Source: Candidatus Thorarchaeota archaeon (GTDB lineage Archaea > Asgardarchaeota > Thorarchaeia > Thorarchaeales > Thorarchaeaceae). From it: a DNA stretch of 12,797 nt. The translations under genes were made by a program, and so were the position numbers. A model generated the notes under the pieces. That model did no database searches. It worked only from the letters and a program-made list of their open reading frames with translations, and was not told where the DNA came from. The stretch is from positions 1 to 12,797 of the forward strand of contig PRDJ01000082.1 of NCBI GenBank assembly GCA_003345555.1, read 5' to 3'. Of the stretch, positions 7,146 through 12,797 are shown piece after piece. Every line of letters begins with the position of its first letter. Positions within the stretch are counted from its first letter, which is position 1.

Positions 7146-7304
7146 TTAGTCATTTTTCATTGAAGTGCGAAAAGTGCAAACTGAAGTGCTGACGACAGAA
7201 TCTTCTGAGCATATGTCCAGTCCGTGGCTTTTGGCATCGATTGGATCAGAGCGCAGGAAGGGTTATTTCCTGCCATCAGACCACATCCCAGATGAGGCCG
7301 ATTT

Positions 7305-7676
7305 GTGATTTCTCAGATACTTCCTCCTCTGGAGCTGATCGAGTATGGTATCCCCGCTGTGCTCGTCGGACTCGTCATTGGTTATGCTATTGGTGGCTCG
7401 TCACGTCTGTCCATCTTGAAGCGCGTAGGTCTGGCAACAGTCGTCTGTCTTGTGGGAAGTCTGATGATGTCTGCTTTGTTGTACGTCTTCCTGCCCGTGA
7501 CAATCCAAACAGTGCTTTTCGGGATAATATCTTTCACAGGGGGCTACGTATTCGGGACAGTGAGCCATTGGAGCCCGCCTGAAGTGCCGGCCTCCAAGCC
7601 CCATGTCATATTCGAACCTGAAGACGATGAGGAGTTCGACCGTGAGATAGACAAGGCCCTCGGTCGAGACAGATAG
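7305..7676 (+). CDS. Hypothetical 3-TM membrane protein with acidic C-terminal tail (123 aa)
   Basis: Three hydrophobic segments with GxxxG motifs, GTG start with GAGG upstream, and the acidic tail EPEDDEEFDREIDKAL. Confidence 0.8.
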   Translation: MISQILPPLELIEYGIPAVLVGLVIGYAIGGSSRLSILKRVGLATVVCLVGSLMMSALLYVFLPVTIQTVLFGIISFTGGYVFGTVSHWSPPEVPASKPHVIFEPEDDEEFDREIDKALGRDR

Positions 7677-7794
7677 AATTGTGTGTTTCCGGATGGGTTT
7701 TCGTTACAGCATTCTGCAGTGGACAAGCCCATAATCGTTAATAGATAGGTTGAGGCAGGGGTCTCGTGCTCTAACCAGAAGAGTGACATGCAAC

Positions 7795-9015
7795 ATGAGA
7801 AAGACTTTGGCTTCTCTAATCCCTCTTGTGTTCATCACATGCATGCTGTGGTCTACACTCATCATTATGCCTTCACAGGCTGTGCCCGCAGGTTGGAGTG
7901 GTGACAGCAATCTAGAGTTTCTTTTTCTCCTGAACGGAACGTCGGCTGCTGAAGCAAACTCCAGTCACCCTGTACCAGTGATTACCGACCTAACCATGAA
8001 CCTGACGATTCATGCCGTCAACAATCTCCATCTTTGGGGCGGCAGTCTAGTCATGCAGTACTTGGGAATCTCGATAGTGAATCAGCCGTTGTCCTTGAGC
8101 TATGATTTGCCTGCCGGGTTTAATGCATCTCTTCTGAACACATCAATCCCGTTGGGCTCTCTGCTAACCTATGGTGGCATTGCTCTAGTAACCGGAACGA
8201 TGCTTGGGTCGCTCTCCTTCGTATACAATGTCACATCAGGGACAAACACTACAGTAAGCCAAGACTTTGTGCTTCGGTTGGGTCCTACCGGTGCGGCCGC
8301 AATAATGTCCGTGGCGGGTCTTGTCACCGTGGCCTTCACAATCACTTCAGTATTCGGCCTGCTCATGTCACTGGATGATTTTCAACGGGGAATTCTGGCG
8401 GCGAGGAAGACCAGAGGCGCAAAGAGGGCTTCAGACGTGGGCATATTTCCGTCTGCTCTCGTTCTTAGGAGACGACCAAAGAAGGGTGCAGAGACAATAA
8501 GCAAGGAAGAACTTGTACGACGCGTAAGCGACGCGGCCAGAAAGGGCTGGGATGGAAGGCGATGCCCGCAGTGCGGTCATAAGTGGCCAAAGGAAGCCGC
8601 CAAATGCCCGAAATGCAGGCTGGATCGTACATCAGCCCCAGACTACTTCTCAAAGGGCATTGCAGAATACGCACCGAAAGCGCTCAGTGTTGTTAAGCCC
8701 AAATCCAAAGTTACCGTTGGTACTTTCTCGCGGCGTCTAAAGCTGAAGCCTGACAGGGGTGGTGCTTTAGCTGCAGCATTGACCGACATGGGCGCCTTTC
8801 AGACTAAGAGTGTGAAGGTGCCACTGATGAAGGTAGCACTGGCTGGCATGACTCTGGCAGGTACTTACTGGAGCTGGATGCAGATCATTGCAGGGGCAAC
8901 TCCCTCCCTTTTGGATATCCTCTTATTGACCTGCGCCGGCCTGATCGTATCAGTGCTCGTGGCCTATTTGATGAGCTGGCTTGCAAGGGTCCCGAAGCTC
9001 GGTTACGAAGAATAG
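7795..9015 (+). CDS. Uncharacterised membrane protein: signal peptide, N-glycosylated ectodomain, TM, zinc ribbon, wHTH-like segment, 2 TM (406 aa)
   Basis: Signal-like N-terminus ending SQA, 7 NxS/T sequons, a hydrophobic helix, CPQC-x10-CPKC, a basic cytoplasmic region and two C-terminal hydrophobic helices. ATG 7795 follows GAGTGA; the TTG at 7750 is an alternative start. Confidence 0.85.
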   Translation: MRKTLASLIPLVFITCMLWSTLIIMPSQAVPAGWSGDSNLEFLFLLNGTSAAEANSSHPVPVITDLTMNLTIHAVNNLHLWGGSLVMQYLGISIVNQPLSLSYDLPAGFNASLLNTSIPLGSLLTYGGIALVTGTMLGSLSFVYNVTSGTNTTVSQDFVLRLGPTGAAAIMSVAGLVTVAFTITSVFGLLMSLDDFQRGILAARKTRGAKRASDVGIFPSALVLRRRPKKGAETISKEELVRRVSDAARKGWDGRRCPQCGHKWPKEAAKCPKCRLDRTSAPDYFSKGIAEYAPKALSVVKPKSKVTVGTFSRRLKLKPDRGGALAAALTDMGAFQTKSVKVPLMKVALAGMTLAGTYWSWMQIIAGATPSLLDILLLTCAGLIVSVLVAYLMSWLARVPKLGYEE

Positions 9016-9048
9016 TGCGAGGTGGACCTTTGTGGTCCCCTCCTGCAC
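9015..9048. terminator. GC-rich hairpin between convergent genes (probable terminator)
   Basis: GTGC/GCAC, GAGG/CCTC and GGACC/GGTCC stems with a TTTGT loop, followed on the + strand by CCTTTTCGGGTTTCT. Confidence 0.55.
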
Positions 9049-9157
9049 CCTTTTCGGGTTTCTGCCGTCAGGTTGCTAGTTTTCTAACAAGCAGATCGAC
9101 CGATTAGCAACAAGTACAGTGAAGGGACAGTACAGAAGTCGTGACGACCAACATTTC

Positions 9158-10519
9158 TCAAGGTACAATCGTCAACGCAATATGCAGAAAGGTCTGCTCT
9201 AGCCAGAGAATCGTGGAAGCGGTCGTGACCTCCAATAAAGAGAGAATCGATCCGATTTTCAGGTATTCCTTGAGGCCTATCTCAAGGCCTTTTCTTTTCA
9301 TTGTGCCAAGCCACATGAGAATCGCCAATGACCCAAGTGGGAAGAAGTGGGGCCCCAAGTTGTTCCCGATGATGTTAGCGAATATTAGACTTGTACTCGC
9401 CTGTGGGCCCAAACCCGCCAGGACCATTGCCTTGTCAACAGACAGAAGACCCAGCATTGTCATAGGCCAATTGTTCATTGCACTCGCACCGATCGTTACA
9501 ATCAAGCTCGGGACAAGAATCGAGAGTACTGATGGTAGAGACACTGAGCCTATGAAGAGAGCTGCAAAGAAATCGACAGCTCCCGCATGTCTCAAGCCCT
9601 GTACCACGAGAAAGATGGCCACCATGAAAAACAGGATATCCCAGTTGACTCTCCTCAGGACTTGCAGAGGGCCATTCGACTGGGTTCCCAAGCTTGGGTC
9701 CGTCTTGTACTTCATTGCGTATAGTGTAAGGAGAAAGATTGCACCTGAGAAGATGACAAATGAAACTGGAATGCGGTTCAGTGACGTAACAACATATCCA
9801 ATGTCTATGGCAATCAGGGTGATTATGCTCGTTCTTAGCATAAGAGGGGGCGAGCTGTTCTTAATAAGATCCTCAACCGCCGAGTTTGAGTACGTGGGTG
9901 GGATTCTTTTCCTGAAGAACAAATACACGACAAGAATGGTTTGCACTGCCGTGACAATTCCGACCAAGCCCATGAAGATCGCATGCTCTATGAACGTGTA
10001 CCCGAAGTAGTCCGCGCTTACTATATTCACAGGGTTACTCGTAATCAGCGGCATTGCCGCAGTGTCAGCAATGAGCCCTGCCCCAAAGAGGTATGCAAGG
10101 CTGCTCTCTTTGCTGGTCTTCAGCTCCTTAACCATCTCCATGACAATCGGGGTGAGAATGAGAACTGCACTATCGTTCGCGAACAGAATGCTCACAGCAG
10201 CAGTAAAGAGCGAGATGTAGAAGAACAACCTTACACCGTGACCGTGAGCGAGTCTGGCTACCCTCAGGGCCGCCCACCTGAAGAAACCCATCGCATCTAG
10301 AGTCACAGACAACATGACTATGCCTACAAACGCAAGAGCCGCATCCCATATGTTTCCGAAGGCAACAATGGCGTCTGCAGCAGTAACAGTACCAAGCAGT
10401 AGAGATGCAACTGCTCCAATTCCCGCCGCTATGCCCAAGTTGATGTGCCTCGGACGTTTCACCATGAGAAACAGAGTCACGAGGAATACGGCCACTGATG
10501 TAATAGCTGCATAGTCCAC
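9158..10519 (-). CDS. arsB: ArsB-family arsenite/antimonite efflux membrane protein (453 aa)
   Basis: ArsB motifs LDAMGFFRWAAL, ILFANDSAVLILTPI, AGLIADTAAMPLITSNPVNIVSADYF, IGNNLGPHFFPLGSLAILMW. About 11-12 hydrophobic segments; GTG start with a GGTGA SD. Confidence 0.88.
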   Translation of the reverse strand: MDYAAITSVAVFLVTLFLMVKRPRHINLGIAAGIGAVASLLLGTVTAADAIVAFGNIWDAALAFVGIVMLSVTLDAMGFFRWAALRVARLAHGHGVRLFFYISLFTAAVSILFANDSAVLILTPIVMEMVKELKTSKESSLAYLFGAGLIADTAAMPLITSNPVNIVSADYFGYTFIEHAIFMGLVGIVTAVQTILVVYLFFRKRIPPTYSNSAVEDLIKNSSPPLMLRTSIITLIAIDIGYVVTSLNRIPVSFVIFSGAIFLLTLYAMKYKTDPSLGTQSNGPLQVLRRVNWDILFFMVAIFLVVQGLRHAGAVDFFAALFIGSVSLPSVLSILVPSLIVTIGASAMNNWPMTMLGLLSVDKAMVLAGLGPQASTSLIFANIIGNNLGPHFFPLGSLAILMWLGTMKRKGLEIGLKEYLKIGSILSLLEVTTASTILWLEQTFLHIALTIVP

Positions 10520-10604
10520 GGTTTCACCACGTTTTCTTTGAAGTCCATGTTACGTCCGTACAGTCAAACGCGTTCCAGATGCCGCATACCAAATCGTACA
10601 CAGG

Positions 10605-12383
10605 TCATGCTTCATCAAGGACAGCTCTGATTCTCATGAGTCCAGCCCCGATGCTATCCTGCTTCGTGATCTTGAAGTGCTTTAGGACTCCCGTGTGCTC
10701 GACGTGCGGCCCAGCGCAGACCTCCTTACTGAAATCACCGACAGAGTAGACTGAGACCTCATCACCATATGTATCCTTGAAGAATGCTAGGGCTCCCTTC
10801 TGCATCGCCTGATCCAGCTTCATGACCTCGCGTGTCACCTTCAGGTCTCGTCTTATGACATCGTTCACAAGGTCCTCTACTTCCTGTAATTCCTCAGCCG
10901 TTAGCTTCCTAGAGAAAGTGAAGTCGAATCGAAGACGTTCTTCTGTTATATTACTCCCATTCTGACGAACAGAGTCCCCAAGCACTTTCCTGAGCGCGGC
11001 CTGCAGCAGATGAGTTGCCGTGTGAAGCTTCGTGACCTCTTCCGTATGGTCTGCGAGTCCGCTCTTGAACTTGCCTTCCGTCGCAGTCCTTGATATGTCT
11101 CGGTGCTGTTCGAACTCTCTCCGGAACTCGTCAATGTCAATCTTGATTCCCTTCTCGGAAGCGAGTTCAGCAGTCATCTCGAGTGGTAGGCCGAAACTTG
11201 TGAACAGAACGAAGGCATCTTTGCCTGTGATTGTACCAGTCTCTTGGATTGTCTGTTCGAACTTCTTGAGTGCTTTGCCAAGAGTGCCTCTGAATTTGCG
11301 TTCCTCAGCATCTAGGCTCAGCATCACAAAGTCCCTATTCCTCTGGACTTCGTCATAGACATCCTTGTACATGCCTATCACAACGTCTGCCAAGTCTGTG
11401 AGGAAGCCTTGTGGGATACCAAGTTCGTCTCCGCATCTGATTGCCTTCCTGAGGAGCCGGCGCACAATGTAACCATGTTCAACATTAGAGGGTGAGATTC
11501 TCCTGTCATCTGCCATTATCATGACCGCAGCCTTCACATGGTCGCTTATGATTCGCATCAGTTTCTCGTTAGACTTCTCCACCCTCGCCTTGCCTGAAAG
11601 CTCCTTTATTCTTCTCATTAGGGGGATGAAGGCTTCCGTGTCGTAGACGCTCTGGGCTCCGCTCAAGGTAGCTACCGTCCGTTCGAGTCCCATGCCCGTG
11701 TCAACATTCTTCTGTCTCAGAACCTCATACGTGCCATCCTCCATCTTGTTATACTGCATGAAGACATCATTCCATATCTCAAGAAAGTGTCCGCACGAAC
11801 AACCGGGTTTGCAGTCAGGACCACACTTTGGTATCTTGCTCACTTCCATGAACATCTCGGTGCAAGGCCCGCACGGTCCTGTTTTCCCGGCAGGTCCCCA
11901 CCAATTATCGCCCTTTGGCAGGAAGTAAACACGCTCTGCCGGTACACCAAGGCTCAGCCAGATTCTGGCTGACTCGTCGTCCTTTGGTGCATCAGGATCA
12001 CCTGCGAATACTGTGACCGAAAGCTGCTTCGGGTCCAAGGCTAGCCACTTCTTGGAGGTAAGGAACTGGTAACTCCACGTTATCGCTTCCTTCTTCCAAT
12101 AGTCGCCCAGGCTCCAGTTTCCGAGCATCTCAAAGAAGGTGAGATGGCTAGTATCGCCCACGCTATCAATGTCTGTCGTGCGTATACATTTCTGACAATC
12201 TGCGAGACGCTTGCCCTTCGGGTGCGGTTGCCCCAGCAAGTGGGGAACTAACGGATGCATTCCTGCGGTCGTGAAGAGCACGGTGGGGTCATGTTCTGGA
12301 ATCAATGACGCTGATGCAATTATCGCATGTTTCTGCTGCCTGAAGAACTCGAGGTACTTCTGACGCAGCTCCTCTAATCGCAT
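10605..12383 (-). CDS. alaS: Alanine--tRNA ligase, compact form (592 aa) with editing motifs but no C-Ala domain
   Basis: LFTTAGM, QKCIRT, HLTFFEMLGNWS, EIWNDVFMQY, VDTGMGLER, SNxxxGYIVRRLLR, editing HTATH and CAGPH. ATG 12383 has GGTGA 5 nt upstream; the TTG at 12395 is an alternative start. Confidence 0.97.
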   Translation of the reverse strand: MRLEELRQKYLEFFRQQKHAIIASASLIPEHDPTVLFTTAGMHPLVPHLLGQPHPKGKRLADCQKCIRTTDIDSVGDTSHLTFFEMLGNWSLGDYWKKEAITWSYQFLTSKKWLALDPKQLSVTVFAGDPDAPKDDESARIWLSLGVPAERVYFLPKGDNWWGPAGKTGPCGPCTEMFMEVSKIPKCGPDCKPGCSCGHFLEIWNDVFMQYNKMEDGTYEVLRQKNVDTGMGLERTVATLSGAQSVYDTEAFIPLMRRIKELSGKARVEKSNEKLMRIISDHVKAAVMIMADDRRISPSNVEHGYIVRRLLRKAIRCGDELGIPQGFLTDLADVVIGMYKDVYDEVQRNRDFVMLSLDAEERKFRGTLGKALKKFEQTIQETGTITGKDAFVLFTSFGLPLEMTAELASEKGIKIDIDEFRREFEQHRDISRTATEGKFKSGLADHTEEVTKLHTATHLLQAALRKVLGDSVRQNGSNITEERLRFDFTFSRKLTAEELQEVEDLVNDVIRRDLKVTREVMKLDQAMQKGALAFFKDTYGDEVSVYSVGDFSKEVCAGPHVEHTGVLKHFKITKQDSIGAGLMRIRAVLDEA

Positions 12384-12435
12384 TACTGTCACCAAGTTCC
12401 GATTGTGCTAAGTCGCCGGGCCCTTCTGCTGTTCT

Positions 12436-12449
12436 ATTTTAACGCTTTT
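12436..12449 (-). promoter_or_regulatory. BRE/TATA-like promoter of alaS
   Basis: The minus strand reads AAAAGCGTTAAAAT about 55 nt upstream of ATG 12383. Confidence 0.55.
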
Positions 12450-12487
12450 GATGAGTCTTGGCATGGTCCGTTCATTCGAGGAATTCC

Positions 12488-12796
12488 TTATACAAGGATC
12501 AACCCTGACGGTGACATTCTGTATTTCCTGAGCCTCGAAGGCAACCAAGGGTGCTTGTCTAACCAGTCAAGAAACCTGTCGTTGCTGACAATATCCGCGT
12601 TGTTCTTCTTAGCTGTTCTTATGATTTCGAGGTCGTCATCGACACCCTTTGGTGCCTGTATGACGCGTTTGGATGCAATCATCTTGAGCAACTGTTCGTC
12701 CTCATCGACTTGATGGAGCAAGGCTGCCGAGACCACGATTATTGGCACGAACCCGGCACTGGCAAGACTGTTGTTGGCCATGACAATATTCTCAAG
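12488..12796 (-). CDS. Zc3h12a/Regnase-like NYN/PIN-family ribonuclease domain protein; 5'-truncated by the window edge
   Basis: The frame is open to the window end (LENIVMANN...). DDDLEIIRTAKKNNADIVSNDRFLDW matches the family motif DDxxIxxxAxxxxxxIVSNDxF/YxD. The N-terminal DGxN motif would lie outside the window. Confidence 0.8.
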   Translation of the reverse strand, partial: LENIVMANNSLASAGFVPIIVVSAALLHQVDEDEQLLKMIASKRVIQAPKGVDDDLEIIRTAKKNNADIVSNDRFLDWLDKHPWLPSRLRKYRMSPSGLILV

Positions 12797-12797
12797 T

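Noticed and set aside
7600-7660. FFAT-like reading of the acidic tail EDDEEFDREID
   Set aside because: It lacks the second aromatic residue and the core E-F-F-D-A-x-E pattern; calling it a eukaryotic motif would be overreach.
9141-10010. 289-aa plus-strand ORF (and 9941-10300, 10314-10514)
   Set aside because: These lie antisense to arsB and have no motifs; they are typical shadow ORFs of a hydrophobic-protein gene.
12448-12508. TGATGA ... CTGA spaced like a C/D-box sRNA
   Set aside because: There are no credible internal D'/C' boxes, and it overlaps the NYN gene 3' end antisense as well as the alaS promoter region.
1-12797. Selenocysteine/pyrrolysine recoding and SECIS elements (known in Asgard archaea)
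   Set aside because: All genes look full-length at their stops, with Cys at catalytic positions. ATGA-starting stems at 1391 and 6801 lack the AUGA_AA_GA geometry.
1-12797. CRISPR arrays, IS/transposase, integrase, rRNA, tRNA
   Set aside because: No regularly spaced 23-47-nt repeats, terminal inverted repeats with target duplications, mobile-element ORFs or RNA-gene signatures were seen.

Overview
A gene-dense archaeal chromosomal window. TATA/BRE-like promoters, GGTGA/GAGG ribosome-binding sites, a short 24-aa-repeat LRR family and N-glycosylation-rich membrane proteins suggest an Asgard archaeon, most like Thorarchaeia; this is an inference, not a database result. Gene order: partial DUF1028 protein (+); LRR protein (-); two-subunit 2-oxoacid:ferredoxin oxidoreductase (+); sulfite-oxidase-like molybdopterin protein (-); 53-aa Cys-rich zinc finger (+); zinc-containing-type ferredoxin followed by an IVD/LCAD-type acyl-CoA dehydrogenase (+); 55-aa tandem desulforedoxin-like protein (+); a structured intergenic region; two uncharacterised membrane proteins (+); ArsB (-); compact ~592-aa alanyl-tRNA synthetase (-); partial Zc3h12a/Regnase-like NYN/PIN RNase (-). 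I found no tRNA, rRNA, CRISPR array or mobile element. The most novel-looking items are: (1) a receptor-like membrane protein with a glycosylated ectodomain, TM, zinc ribbon, winged-helix-like segment and TM hairpin; (2) a Sulfolobus-type Zn-ferredoxin with all four Zn ligands but an all-Cys first cluster motif, placed between OFOR and ACAD; (3) two tiny metal-binding proteins with swapped Cys/His ligand sets. All family assignments come from motif recognition by eye; no searches were run.
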